Shown here in pieces: positions 7,281 to 17,580 of a DNA stretch of 39,788 bases. The DNA lies in IMG/VR virus record IMGVR_UViG_3300036825_000021, positions 1 through 39,788 of that record; one strand, 5' to 3'. Within the stretch, counting starts at the first letter, position 1, and every line of letters starts with the position of its first letter. The stretch is from a virus. Taxonomy: Duplodnaviria > Caudoviricetes. The position numbers and the translations under genes were made by a program. The notes below the pieces were generated by a model, which did not search any database, was not told the DNA's origin, and saw only the letters and a list, made by a program, of their open reading frames with translations.

Positions 7281-9146
7281 TTACACGCCCCCTTTTGATT
7301 CTGATCTTCCGCCCAGATAACCTTGAAAGTTGTATTCTTGCTTTGTGATACGTGACTGCTTTTTATTTCCAAAACTATCCTCAATCAGCACAATGTCACC
7401 GCACTCTATGGCTGGGTTTTGTCTCCAATTGACAGAGTAAGCAGCCCGTGCCGCAAACTCAGATGCCAACCAATTTCCTACGTCAAGCGCCTGCTCTGGG
7501 GAGTTAATTAAAGGGTTTTCCACTGCAAGAGTCGTGCCCTCTTTTACAGCGGGGTTTGCTAAACGATAGATCGTAGTAGCTGCTGCAAGAGTTTTTCCCG
7601 AAATCGCTATGGATACATCCCCTTTAGCAATGATCTCCAGTTCTATGCCTACATCGTATGTTTTCTTTACCATGTGGGACGTAGCGCCGGTGATGCTTAT
7701 TTGTACTGAGGAAGCTATGATAGGTGTTTGATATTCAAAAAAAATAGTCTTAGTCCCCGATATTGCGACAACTGTATTTAGTACTTGGTCAAACGTATCT
7801 TGCAGATAATTTATTACGGACATATCAATATTTTTCACGGCATCCTCAAGCTTTATTTGAGGCTCCTTGTAGGCATTGTCAAAGTCTATCATCTTCATTT
7901 GATACCCACCGTCTGCGTACATATGAGTATCGAAACTAGCAATCATGTCAGACTCACCCGAAAAATTCAAGAACGTTGTTCTAGCGTCGATTTCAACGAA
8001 TCTGCGGATAATCGGCACCCCTGTAACACGGTCTTGATAAATTGCAGCCTTACCCGCTATACCAATACATTGCAAGGCTTTTCGAGAAGCAATTTTTGAC
8101 TTGAATCCCTGAGTGGGTATCGCCTGTAACGCTGGGTCAATTAAATATGCTGTGATACCTGCCTTTAAGAAAATGTCCTCAGCCAAGGCGTACAAGTTGG
8201 TATTTGCTATACTAATATAGTCGATAGTTTCCATAGCATTGAGAAAATCTCTCGCCGTGAAAGTGGTAGTTAGGGTACCTTCATCGCTTTTCCAATCGGT
8301 CAGATAATACCTTTTTATAGATACATATTCAAAGCTGCCCGGCGTTACCTCAAGCCCTATAGATAGACTGACCTCTTGATTTCTCTCAAGAAACTTATAG
8401 TATCCTTGCGGATTCAGGATATTAAATGCTTTATCTGAGTTATCAACTACAAACCTAATCTCGTTTGATGGCAGGGTGTCGCCTACCACATTCATTTCTT
8501 CCAGCAAGTTTACGCTTATCAGCTTATTGCCGTCATAAGTCTGTACAACCCCGAAATCTATTTCTGTTATCCGGGCTCTTCTGGACCCATTATTCCATTT
8601 AAGTATGTTGATTCTGACTTCTTTATAATTAGAAACTGGAACTGCGTGTGTGTAATAAACAGCGGTGTTACCTTCCACGGTCACAGTTTCTAATGTTTCA
8701 TTCGTTTCAGAATAAAACAGTATCTCAAAACTTTCCGGGCACTCGTTTGCAAGTACATCAAAAGTTACAGCTACCCCTAATGTGGTTACAAGCGTATTAA
8801 ATGTAACCGCTACATACTCTTGATTGGCAAACACTCCTTCTTCGCTGCATATGGAATCGCTCCACCAACCGACCTCGCTTGAAAGGTTATCTGAAGGTTT
8901 TGGAACAATGCAGTAAGTGCCATCCAGTAACCAATAGTTGGTTTCAAATGTTCCGTACTTTTTTGACATGTTACGTACTTTATCCACTACCTGACTCTTC
9001 CGGCTGAAGGGAGCTTCAAAGGAAGTAACCACCCGGTTCACTTCCTCGTAAGCTTCGTTGTTGATTATCTGAAATTCTACTTGCGCAGACGTTTTTCTTG
9101 TAGGGGCATACACTGCCTTTTTGAACTGATTAGATACATTGATCAT
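7281..9146 (-). CDS. Baseplate hub / Tal-like tail protein
   Basis: Follows Dit; C-terminal WRQNPAIECGDIV motif. Confidence 0.7.
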   Translation of the reverse strand: MINVSNQFKKAVYAPTRKTSAQVEFQIINNEAYEEVNRVVTSFEAPFSRKSQVVDKVRNMSKKYGTFETNYWLLDGTYCIVPKPSDNLSSEVGWWSDSICSEEGVFANQEYVAVTFNTLVTTLGVAVTFDVLANECPESFEILFYSETNETLETVTVEGNTAVYYTHAVPVSNYKEVRINILKWNNGSRRARITEIDFGVVQTYDGNKLISVNLLEEMNVVGDTLPSNEIRFVVDNSDKAFNILNPQGYYKFLERNQEVSLSIGLEVTPGSFEYVSIKRYYLTDWKSDEGTLTTTFTARDFLNAMETIDYISIANTNLYALAEDIFLKAGITAYLIDPALQAIPTQGFKSKIASRKALQCIGIAGKAAIYQDRVTGVPIIRRFVEIDARTTFLNFSGESDMIASFDTHMYADGGYQMKMIDFDNAYKEPQIKLEDAVKNIDMSVINYLQDTFDQVLNTVVAISGTKTIFFEYQTPIIASSVQISITGATSHMVKKTYDVGIELEIIAKGDVSIAISGKTLAAATTIYRLANPAVKEGTTLAVENPLINSPEQALDVGNWLASEFAARAAYSVNWRQNPAIECGDIVLIEDSFGNKKQSRITKQEYNFQGYLGGRSESKGGV

Positions 9147-9157
9147 GTACTTTACCC

Positions 9158-9499
9158 CTACCTTTCTATGATGCTAAAGGATACTTCGCTGTATTGCACA
9201 ACCCCATTCTTTACAAACAAGGCCGGGGCTTTTCTATCGCCAGAATAAAAGGTGCCTGTCCTATCTCCGGTCTGCGGATCTTTGTATGCCACCTGGAAAA
9301 ACACCCCTGAAACCAGATTAAGTATATTTGCAAACTGTGCTTCCGTTAGCATTTTCCATCCAAGGTCTATTTTTCTTTTAGTTGCTATGCGCTCCAATAA
9401 CAGCAGCCCATTAACGTTACGTTCCCCTTTGGACAAATCCTGTATGGATACAACGTATTGTGTAGGGCTGGGAAGCAATACTCCGTTGACAGAAATCAT
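9158..9499 (-). CDS. Distal tail (Dit-like) protein
   Basis: Immediately after the tape measure gene; KRKIDLGW and FYSGDR motifs. Confidence 0.7.
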   Translation of the reverse strand: MISVNGVLLPSPTQYVVSIQDLSKGERNVNGLLLLERIATKRKIDLGWKMLTEAQFANILNLVSGVFFQVAYKDPQTGDRTGTFYSGDRKAPALFVKNGVVQYSEVSFSIIER

Positions 9500-9510
9500 T
9501 CGGATTCCTC

Positions 9511-12500
9511 CTAAGTGGTTGACGTAACGTTACGGATGACACTTGTGCCTGTTCGCTGCTGCTCTTTGGCAAGCAAAGGTGCCAGCAGCCGAGCTAATAC
9601 CGTGCCGTCCAACTGCATCACTATTTCTTGATTTTGCTGTATTCCATTCGCTGCATTACTGTTACCCCCATTGCCCATCATCATAGCAGCCATAACCGCA
9701 TTGCCCAAGGCACTGGCTAATGTATCAACGAATGCTGTGTTTTCCAACGGTACGACTGCTTCTTTGCCGCGCTCACCTATCTGCGCTAAGGTAGGTGATG
9801 AAACAATACCACCACGTGCCAAACGCGGAATACGTGGAACATTAAGCCCAAAATGACCTCCACCGAACATCTCAGGAATATCAATATCAATGGAGTTCAG
9901 CCCGTCAATAACTTTATTAATCATATCAATGATCGCATTTAGCGGTGTTCTAGCAATACCCCATAAGCTTTCAAATACACCTTTGAAAATACCTTTTACG
10001 CCTTCCCAAGCCTGTTTCCAGTTACCTGTAAACACCCCAGCGATAAAGTCGATCAATCCATCAAGAATAGTCATAAGGCCGCTTAATATGTCACCTATCC
10101 AACCAACGGCTAACTTAATACCTTCCCACATTGAATTAAAGGTATCTACCACTAAAGGACCTAAATATTTAACTACTGCATCGAGTATAGGCTGTATGAA
10201 CTTATTATAAATATCTATTGCTGCTTGGGTCAGTTTCAACACCAAGTCAACCGCCTTTTCTACTAATCCCTTTAAAGTGTCATTCCATATATCTTTTAGC
10301 ATTTTCAAGAAAGGTTCGATGATAGGTTTCAATACTTCATCCCAGAGCTTCTGGAATGTTTTCTTGGTGTTGTCTAAGAACTTACTCAGCCCATCAAGAA
10401 TCTTTTGCCCATGCTCATCCCACGCCTTTTTCAAAGCGTCAAGTACGTCAAGAACTATCTGCTTTATTAGATCAAACGTAGGTTCAAAAATAGTTTCGTA
10501 AATGTCAACTATCAGATCAACGAACCATGTAAACGCGTCAGATGCTTCCTTGAAAGCCCAGACCAGTATATCAGTGAAGATAGGAACTAGCGTTTCCATG
10601 ATTGCTTTGTAGATAGGCATTATGAAACTGTTTGTCATGTAGTTCATAAACGGCAGAAGTATGGAGTTAATGATTTTGTCAAACGCGCCAGCTATAGGTG
10701 GAATGATCTCAAGGATCACATCTCTTAAGCGCGTGAAGTTCGGCAATAAAGTATTCTGCCATAGATCGTTAGCCATAGTAACGAAGTTGCTCAAAGTATC
10801 AGAGAAGATACCGATAGCATGAACCGCTGTATCCGTGAACACTGGAGCAAACTCTTCACTGATACTCTTAATGATCGGAATCGAAAAATCATTTAAGAAA
10901 AAGTCTGCTGCTGGAAGAATGCTGTCTTGAATCAAGCTATCCAACGATTTTGCAATACTTGGCATGGCATCAAGCATAGCACCCTTTACTATTTCCATGT
11001 TAGGAAGCCATACGTTAGTAAATAGATAGTTCATGGTGGTGGTAAGGTTTGCTAGGGTTTTGTCAAGAAGAGCGAAAGAACCTACTAAAGCATTTGCTAT
11101 AACAGGTGCAAAGTTTTGAGTGAACCCAACAACTAGGCTTGGAATGAAATCTCCCAGCAGGTAAGCACTCATAGGAGCAAGAGTACCCTGCCACAAATCA
11201 ATTAAGCTATCTTTCATGCCACCAATGGAAGCCTTGATAGATACCATCATATCAACGAACGGCTGTAATGCTGGAGCCATACCTGCCCAGCCTGAGCTTA
11301 TATCAGACCATAACCCACTAAACCACGACTTCGTATTACTAATGAGCGATTGCAGCTTTGCAGTATAGGGGTCTGTATTGACGTCTAAGGAGCCTAAGTT
11401 AATGTCTCCCCCTAAACCTCCCCCAGCAGCCATGCCGCTTAAATCAGCTCCACCAACGCCGCTTGCAGCGTCACCCGCATCCCCAAGTGAGCTTGCGGTT
11501 TTATCAGCTAGGGTGTTCAGTTGGTCAAATCCTGCTAGGCTACCCTTAACATCCTTGCCCGCTTTCTTAGCCTTTTTACCAGCTTTGTCGGACGCTGTTC
11601 CCATATCTCCAAGGGCTCCACCAGTATCAGTAGCAGCACCACCGACACCTTCTATAGCGCTTGTTGCCGCCGCTGTACCACCGCCCATAGCATCACCAAA
11701 GATCAGTTCCGTAAATGCCTTGAAATAGGCTGCGGCAATTTGTAGCTTGGCGATGAGAAAGTTCAGGCCACGTACAACAGGAGTAAGGATATTAATAAAA
11801 CCGGCACCCATGGTTCCCTGGAATATCTTCCACTGTTCGCCCATAATTTTAACCTGGTTAGCCCATGAGTAAGATGTCCGGGCAAAGTCGCCTTGCGCGT
11901 CCGCTGTAACCTGCATCAGGTAGTTATACCGAAGCATGGTCTGCTCAGCCTGCGTCATAGACATCCAGGCTTTGGTGATGCCCTGCGAAAGAGCAAAAGC
12001 CTCCATATTAGCAACGGACATGTTAATGCCCAGCGCTTTCAGAGGCTCCGTCTCACCCGTCATACCACTAAACACCTTCTGATAGGCTTCATCGTTTGAA
12101 AGATTGTAGAAGGATGCTACATCCGCTGATAATTCTGTCAGTGATTTGGACATATCCTTCATGACCACACCTGTAAGACCGGATGACTTAAGCATCGCCC
12201 CCATTGTGGACGCATACTTTTTACCCGCTAACTCCGACAATCCAAAGTCATTAATCAGATTCTGAGACCAATTGTTAATCTCACTGGACATACTCCGGAA
12301 TGTAACATCCACAACGTTCTGAACTTCTTGCAGATCAGAAGCTAGGTTAATGGCTTCGCGGCCAAAGGTTACTAACCCCTTAATAGCAAAGGCCCCGGCG
12401 ATTATCCCGCCGAGACCTTTAAAAGCACTACCTACTAAACCGTTAGCTGTACCTGCTATGCCTCCGAGCTGGCGCTGAAATGCACCGTAATTTAGCTCTA

Positions 12501-12537
12501 GATCTAAATCTATCCGACCTGCACTTCCACCTGACAT
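9511..12537 (-). CDS. Tape measure protein
   Basis: 1008 aa, helical, periodic W/F residues; LARGGIVSSPTLAQIGERGKEAVVPL. Confidence 0.93.
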   Translation of the reverse strand: MSGGSAGRIDLDLELNYGAFQRQLGGIAGTANGLVGSAFKGLGGIIAGAFAIKGLVTFGREAINLASDLQEVQNVVDVTFRSMSSEINNWSQNLINDFGLSELAGKKYASTMGAMLKSSGLTGVVMKDMSKSLTELSADVASFYNLSNDEAYQKVFSGMTGETEPLKALGINMSVANMEAFALSQGITKAWMSMTQAEQTMLRYNYLMQVTADAQGDFARTSYSWANQVKIMGEQWKIFQGTMGAGFINILTPVVRGLNFLIAKLQIAAAYFKAFTELIFGDAMGGGTAAATSAIEGVGGAATDTGGALGDMGTASDKAGKKAKKAGKDVKGSLAGFDQLNTLADKTASSLGDAGDAASGVGGADLSGMAAGGGLGGDINLGSLDVNTDPYTAKLQSLISNTKSWFSGLWSDISSGWAGMAPALQPFVDMMVSIKASIGGMKDSLIDLWQGTLAPMSAYLLGDFIPSLVVGFTQNFAPVIANALVGSFALLDKTLANLTTTMNYLFTNVWLPNMEIVKGAMLDAMPSIAKSLDSLIQDSILPAADFFLNDFSIPIIKSISEEFAPVFTDTAVHAIGIFSDTLSNFVTMANDLWQNTLLPNFTRLRDVILEIIPPIAGAFDKIINSILLPFMNYMTNSFIMPIYKAIMETLVPIFTDILVWAFKEASDAFTWFVDLIVDIYETIFEPTFDLIKQIVLDVLDALKKAWDEHGQKILDGLSKFLDNTKKTFQKLWDEVLKPIIEPFLKMLKDIWNDTLKGLVEKAVDLVLKLTQAAIDIYNKFIQPILDAVVKYLGPLVVDTFNSMWEGIKLAVGWIGDILSGLMTILDGLIDFIAGVFTGNWKQAWEGVKGIFKGVFESLWGIARTPLNAIIDMINKVIDGLNSIDIDIPEMFGGGHFGLNVPRIPRLARGGIVSSPTLAQIGERGKEAVVPLENTAFVDTLASALGNAVMAAMMMGNGGNSNAANGIQQNQEIVMQLDGTVLARLLAPLLAKEQQRTGTSVIRNVTSTT

Positions 12538-12918
12538 TTATGCGCCACCTCCGAACATACGGGCCATCGTAGCTTCCAATGTTTTCATCTGATTATCCAA
12601 GGTGACCTCATCCAACAACTTTTGCTGAGCCTGCCGTTTACGCCAGGCGCTGTAAATACGCCGCTGATCGGCAGAGAAGCCCTTGATTACTTTCTGATCC
12701 TTCTCACTCCTGATCGTAACGATACTGCCCAGCGGTGTATCCGGCATAAGTCCCGCAACAAGGACACAAAACTCTGACCAGGGCATGTCCCCTTGCTGCC
12801 GGATCCGGATACCGTACTGCTTCGCTAGTGAAGACTCAATTAGCGGCCAGTCTTCCCGCAGGTCGTACCAACTCTCATGAATTGAATCAGAGTTGAAATC
12901 GCTGGGTAGCCTCTTCAT
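12538..12918 (-). CDS. Gp15-family tail assembly chaperone (T part; may be reached by frameshift)
   Basis: YDLREDWPLIESSLAKQYGIR...W.EF..LV.GL..DTPLG.IV.IRSE. Confidence 0.85.
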   Translation of the reverse strand: MKRLPSDFNSDSIHESWYDLREDWPLIESSLAKQYGIRIRQQGDMPWSEFCVLVAGLMPDTPLGSIVTIRSEKDQKVIKGFSADQRRIYSAWRKRQAQQKLLDEVTLDNQMKTLEATMARMFGGGA

Positions 12919-13192
12919 AGGTCAAATCCTGCATGACGGCCATAAGACCGGATACAAGCACCTTGATATTGGCAATCCCCATCTTCTTTACACCGATTTC
13001 CTCAAATGCTTCAGCCCCTAAAGCTCCCTCGATAGCAGCAAGGAGTGCTTTCACACTACCGTTTTCCGCGATTTCTTCAAAGCGCAGGACAGCTTCTACC
13101 GATTTATCAACCTCGTAAACCTTGCCACCGATTTTAATAGAACCTTTTTCTTCGACAGCAAATTTATCTGAAATATTGATCACTTTTGTCAT
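12887..13192 (-). CDS. Tail assembly chaperone (G part)
   Basis: RBS GGAGGAG before ATG 13192; lies between the tail tube gene and Gp15. Confidence 0.8.
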   Translation of the reverse strand: MTKVINISDKFAVEEKGSIKIGGKVYEVDKSVEAVLRFEEIAENGSVKALLAAIEGALGAEAFEEIGVKKMGIANIKVLVSGLMAVMQDLTYEEATQRFQL

Positions 13193-13196
13193 GATC

Positions 13197-13658
13197 TTAT
13201 GCTCCTCCTCCGGCTGGTGCCGCTGTGAATGTTGGCTTTCCGTCTGACAGTAGTTCAAACTCCAGGCCGTCGATGTTGGTGGAGTCGCCGCCTGCTGGAG
13301 TCGTCAAGTTAATGACGCAATCCATCGTGAGCTTAGCACCGCTCGGCATCGTCCACTCGAATTTCGTTTCTACATCTTGCCCTGTTCCCAACAGCAGCCC
13401 AGCAACGTAATCATTGCCTGGGTCACCATAATTACGTTTGCCGCTGAAAGAGAAGGTCAACCCCTTACCCGTTACCGCACGACGTGTCCACCCCGCCTGA
13501 TCCATTGGTGTCCACTCCTCCGTATTCCCGTCAATTGATGGGGAAAAGGTCTCCAAATCTTTTACTGTGGCCATGTCTGCTGGAGCCGTAGATGCGCGAC
13601 CTTTGATACCAATTTTGAAATTGTTATTGTGTACAGGAAAAACGCCTGTTGTTCCCAA
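13197..13658 (-). CDS. Major tail tube protein
   Basis: SFSGKRNYGDPGNDYV and FELLSDGKP motifs; position. Confidence 0.85.
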   Translation of the reverse strand: MGTTGVFPVHNNNFKIGIKGRASTAPADMATVKDLETFSPSIDGNTEEWTPMDQAGWTRRAVTGKGLTFSFSGKRNYGDPGNDYVAGLLLGTGQDVETKFEWTMPSGAKLTMDCVINLTTPAGGDSTNIDGLEFELLSDGKPTFTAAPAGGGA

Positions 13659-13666
13659 ATAAATCC

Positions 13667-14056
13667 CTACCTCTCATAATAAATTGTAACCTCGATCACG
13701 TATTCAAATATCCCTGCATCATCCGTACCCACACTTACAGGATCTGCTGTCCGCATCTGGAAGCTGATTACCCGCTTGCCCGCAATCACCGCAGACTGCC
13801 CAAATAGCACAGCATATACCTCATGGGCTTTCTGCTCCGCTGTGTCAGCGTTCTTCGTCCAGTGGACTAAGATTGATATGGCCTTAACGGCATAGCTCGT
13901 ATTATCCAATCCGCCTATCGCAATAACTGGAGTACCAGTATTAAGATTATACAGACCAATACACTGCGGCTTGCTGCCGTCTATCTTACCGATATACCAA
14001 TTCGGACATTCTAATTGAGTCTTCAGCCAATCGCGCACTTCTGCAAGAGTCATCAT
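13667..14056 (-). CDS. Tail terminator-like ('minor capsid') protein
   Basis: Position in the head-tail joining cluster. Confidence 0.7.
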   Translation of the reverse strand: MMTLAEVRDWLKTQLECPNWYIGKIDGSKPQCIGLYNLNTGTPVIAIGGLDNTSYAVKAISILVHWTKNADTAEQKAHEVYAVLFGQSAVIAGKRVISFQMRTADPVSVGTDDAGIFEYVIEVTIYYER

Positions 14057-14445
14057 TTAATAAATCCCCCTGCCAGCTTCTTTAGCAGAATCTTAAAGGC
14101 CTGAGTCACACCTCTAGTCTTCTTACCTTCAGCCCACGCTCTAAGCCATTCTCCCTGTGCGTGCCTATTCTTATCCTTACGGAAGCTATACTCAGGATGC
14201 CAGTAGAGCCGTCGCGCATAGGGTGTGTCATAAGTAATTGTTACCTTCCCACGTTTAGACTTGCTTGCATCAATCTTTGCACTGCGCTCCAATTCACCTG
14301 TCTGCTTTGGCACGACTTCGGAGGCCATGATATCAGACAAGATACTCTCCTTGGCACCTTCAACCACCTGGATCAACGCCTTCTCGGGTACAGTGCGTAG
14401 CCGGTTCATGGCTTGATTGTTCATCTTAGTGTTCACCTTGACCAC
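14053..14445 (-). CDS. Tail completion ('minor capsid 2') protein
   Basis: VPKQTGELERS...YDTPYARRLY motif. Confidence 0.8.
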   Translation of the reverse strand: MVKVNTKMNNQAMNRLRTVPEKALIQVVEGAKESILSDIMASEVVPKQTGELERSAKIDASKSKRGKVTITYDTPYARRLYWHPEYSFRKDKNRHAQGEWLRAWAEGKKTRGVTQAFKILLKKLAGGFIK

Positions 14446-14447
14446 AA

Positions 14448-14774
14448 CTACATCAACTCCAGTTCCGTGGAAAACACACTACCATCTGGATTCTGTGGTC
14501 GAATAGCGCTGAAGATAGGACGCTCAATCTCTCCGAACTTCACAAGCCCCTCGATAAGCTTCCCAGGGTTAATGTCACCTTTAATAATTACTTTGCCTGA
14601 TAGCGTCACCAGACGTCGCTCCTTGTCCAGCTTTTGACGCATCTTTTCATCATGACAACAAAGCCCATCGAAGATTAATTCCTCGATAGGCTCTCCATTC
14701 TCGCTAGTGTAGGTCAGATAGACCTTAACAGGCGTTTTCAATATCCAATGTGGAAACGGGAACTTACCTCGCAT
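14448..14774 (-). CDS. Head closure / head-tail adaptor
   Basis: RBS AGGAGG and TGATG overlap; C-terminal NPDGSVFSTELEL. Confidence 0.7.
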   Translation of the reverse strand: MRGKFPFPHWILKTPVKVYLTYTSENGEPIEELIFDGLCCHDEKMRQKLDKERRLVTLSGKVIIKGDINPGKLIEGLVKFGEIERPIFSAIRPQNPDGSVFSTELELM

Positions 14775-15139
14775 CAACATAACCTCCTACTCGTCAGCCC
14801 TGTGGAGGCTAACAGGCTTGTCACGCCTTCTGTGGTCTGTATGCCCCCCGCTCCCTCCACCGCCTTAAAAGACAGCGACACACTGCCAGCGGAGTAGCCA
14901 GAGAGAGGGAAGTTAAGATAATCCCCATACTGAAAGGTGAAGTCTGCCTGCTGGCACGTTGCCTTTATAACATTAACCTGTTGAAATGGCGTGAGGCTTG
15001 TTAGACCTCGCCCCACAATGCGGTTGTAGGTAAGGGCATCCACTTGATCAGATGCCCTCTCCAGCGCCCTCTCCAGTTCTTCAGGTGTTATCTGCCCATC
15101 ACCATAGCGTTCATAATCCTCTACCGTTGCATAGGCCAT
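14774..15139 (-). CDS. Head-tail connector protein
   Basis: MAYATVEDY...LERASDQVDALTYNRI...IKATCQQA. Confidence 0.8.
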   Translation of the reverse strand: MAYATVEDYERYGDGQITPEELERALERASDQVDALTYNRIVGRGLTSLTPFQQVNVIKATCQQADFTFQYGDYLNFPLSGYSAGSVSLSFKAVEGAGGIQTTEGVTSLLASTGLTSRRLC

Positions 15140-15147
15140 GAGATCAC

Positions 15148-15477
15148 CTACTTCTCAGCTTTAACAGGCTTCTTTACGTCTGCCAGTTGCCCCTTCAGCG
15201 TCTCGATTTCCTTTAGCGCATCGTCAAGTTGCTGTTGAAGACCTGCCAGTGCTCCTGGAGAGCCAGATCCCGAAGCAGCTACTTGCTTTTTAAGTTCAGC
15301 ATTCTCCCGTATTACAGCCTCATGATCCTTGTAGGATACTGTTTTACCTGGAGCGTTTTCCACCACCTCAAGCTTGTCACCTTCCTGAGTGGCGATATCA
15401 TAGCCCAACTTCAAGTAGGTTCCCCGCTCCGCGTCGTCGATCTGGAGCTGTTTATTCCCTTTCACTGCAAATAGCAT
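15148..15477 (-). CDS. Hypothetical head-associated protein with coiled coil
   Basis: RBS GAAAGGAG before ATG 15477. Confidence 0.7.
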   Translation of the reverse strand: MLFAVKGNKQLQIDDAERGTYLKLGYDIATQEGDKLEVVENAPGKTVSYKDHEAVIRENAELKKQVAASGSGSPGALAGLQQQLDDALKEIETLKGQLADVKKPVKAEK

Positions 15478-15511
15478 AGTTTTATTCTCCTTTCGGCTAC
15501 AGGCCGGTATA

Positions 15512-16387
15512 TTATTCCTCTGCGTTGATCTGAATGCCATCTGCCTTGCGGTTAATCAAGAACAGATCCGTATAACGGCGATTTTGATACAGATATCCAT
15601 CGCCACCTGTGTGACTACCAGGTTCCCACAGGTAAATAGCACTGTGTTTAATTGGAGCAATTACTGCCTGTGGGTGGATAAGGATCATATTGATCTGTTT
15701 TGCCCCCACACCAGGCACAGCCCCGTTCGTAAAGTTGAAGGCACTCTTCATCCGACTAGATGGCACTTTAACCAGGGTCACGTCATCAAGGCTTCTTACC
15801 GCACGGTCAATGGCTCCGTTGTTCGCTTGGACATTAATAACTCGCTTCATGTCCTCCGCTTGCTTCAGCAGCGTATGCACAGTAGGAGTCACGTACATAA
15901 TTCGGCCTTCTTCGGGTACCTCTGCCTCATCCATATTTTGCATGAGCTTATCGAAGACTTGCAGCGCATTAGCAACCGACAACACCGTAACGTCAGGTGT
16001 TTTGCCCAAGGCTACATAATCCGCATAGAGCTTGCTATAACGGTATTTATCCAACTCTGGAATTGCCTGCTCCGTTTCAAACACGTTTGTCGTATTGGCT
16101 GCAGACAGGATCTGATTAGTTTCATCAACGTCCATAGCATCCACATAGAACTCAACGTCACGGTCAAACGCCAGCACCTTCGTTTCAAAATCATTGCTGA
16201 TCGCCTGACGGTTCCATCCACCTGAACGGCTGTGGTCCTTGTAACCCCCAACGTCCAAACGCGGGATCTTAATTGTTTTAGATCCAATAAAAATGGCGTT
16301 CTGTGTGGTCAATCCAGAAGAAGTTAACTCCTTCGTATATTTTTGATGCAGCACTGTCAGAAAACTATCTACGTAGTTATAAGGCAT
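15512..16387 (-). CDS. Major capsid protein
   Basis: Follows the scaffold gene; TIKIP, DAMDVDET and PELDKYRYSKL motifs. Confidence 0.9.
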   Translation of the reverse strand: MPYNYVDSFLTVLHQKYTKELTSSGLTTQNAIFIGSKTIKIPRLDVGGYKDHSRSGGWNRQAISNDFETKVLAFDRDVEFYVDAMDVDETNQILSAANTTNVFETEQAIPELDKYRYSKLYADYVALGKTPDVTVLSVANALQVFDKLMQNMDEAEVPEEGRIMYVTPTVHTLLKQAEDMKRVINVQANNGAIDRAVRSLDDVTLVKVPSSRMKSAFNFTNGAVPGVGAKQINMILIHPQAVIAPIKHSAIYLWEPGSHTGGDGYLYQNRRYTDLFLINRKADGIQINAEE

Positions 16388-16422
16388 TTTTACATCTCTC
16401 CTCTTTAATTATTAGCTATTTG

Positions 16423-17016
16423 TTATTTGGTGTCTGCAACACCGAAGATATTGGCCAATTGTTCATTGGAAGCCGCTCCAGCTCCACCTTGACCGCCTCC
16501 ACCACCTATACGGAAGCCTCCTTGCCCACCGTTTCCACCACCAGTGTCCTCTGGCTTGAATAGGTAGGCGTCTGAGGTCTGCAAGCCCTTGAGCTGCTCA
16601 TCTAGGCCAACCACTCTCCCATCATCCCCGATCACCAGCTTGTCTTTCTTGATCAAGCCAGTAACAACAGCCTCATTGTGGACTTTGCCATTCAGTGCGG
16701 CTGTAATGGCGTTCGTTAACGTCATGTCTTTTAAATCAGCAGCGTACTTTTCTGCGGCAGTCTTGTTCTCACCCTGCAGCTTAGCGATCTCGGCTTTCAG
16801 CGTCTCAGAAGCACCCGCGTCTTTACTGAGCGTTTCAAGCTGCGCATCACGGTCTGTAATGTCCTTCTCCAGCTTCTTCTTGGTGTCGGACAGATCGTTA
16901 TACTGTGACTTAGGAACAAAATGCTTTGGCAGCTCCTTGTTCACGTCACCAATCAGACCGTCAATCTTTGATTCATCAAAGCCAGCATCTTTTAACAACT
17001 TTTTTAACCATTCCAT
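16423..17016 (-). CDS. Capsid scaffolding protein (GP20 family)
   Basis: FVPKSQYN, a coiled coil and GLDEQLKGLQTSDAYLF. Confidence 0.9.
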   Translation of the reverse strand: MEWLKKLLKDAGFDESKIDGLIGDVNKELPKHFVPKSQYNDLSDTKKKLEKDITDRDAQLETLSKDAGASETLKAEIAKLQGENKTAAEKYAADLKDMTLTNAITAALNGKVHNEAVVTGLIKKDKLVIGDDGRVVGLDEQLKGLQTSDAYLFKPEDTGGGNGGQGGFRIGGGGGQGGAGAASNEQLANIFGVADTK

Positions 17017-17126
17017 TTATGATCAGCCTCCATAGATTTGTATAGCTGCTCTCCAGCTAAGGGATTGGGCCGTGATGCTCCGGCCAACGAGCAAATAGGC
17101 CACAACAGTCTCAATCGTGGCCATGA

Positions 17127-17210
17127 TTATCGCTTCTTGCTACTTCCAATTCCAAAAATAATGATTAGTGTCAGGCAAATAATAAAAGTAATCATAACGC
17201 TATCAGACAA
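17127..17210 (-). CDS. Small hydrophobic peptide, 27 aa
   Basis: RBS GAAAGGCGGTG, TTG start; MSDSVMITFIICLTLIIIFGIGSSKKR. Confidence 0.55.
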   Translation of the reverse strand: MSDSVMITFIICLTLIIIFGIGSSKKR

Positions 17211-17235
17211 GGGTAGTCACCGCCTTTCAGGCATG

Positions 17236-17266
17236 AAAAAAGCACCCTCGCAAATGCGTGAGTGCC
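17236..17266 (-). terminator. Terminator after the immunity gene
   Basis: GCACTCACGCA-TTT-GCGAGGGTGC followed by TTTTTT. Confidence 0.65.
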
Positions 17267-17268
17267 TG

Positions 17269-17580
17269 TCAATCGAGAGCGTCAATCGCCCATTGTATGT
17301 CCATTTCCATGTCTATGTCAGGATACTTATGTTGTAGTTCGCGCAACAGATCAATAAATTCCTGGCTCTGTAGCCGTTCAGAAACATCCTCGAAGTAGCC
17401 ACCCATCCTATTAACTTCAGTGGGCGTACACTTCAACAACAATTCTTTTGTTGTATCAAAGTCCTGACTTAGCACCTCAACAATCTCACCCCAATATTCA
17501 TCCAGAGGCGGAGATGCTCCGTTTTGAGTCATCATATCAATGATCTGCAAATTTGTTGTAATTATTTCGTTGCCAGTCAC
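17269..17580 (-). CDS. Putative immunity protein for the MuF toxin
   Basis: Small, acidic and helical; GTGA overlap with the toxin stop codon. Confidence 0.7.
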   Translation of the reverse strand: MTGNEIITTNLQIIDMMTQNGASPPLDEYWGEIVEVLSQDFDTTKELLLKCTPTEVNRMGGYFEDVSERLQSQEFIDLLRELQHKYPDIDMEMDIQWAIDALD

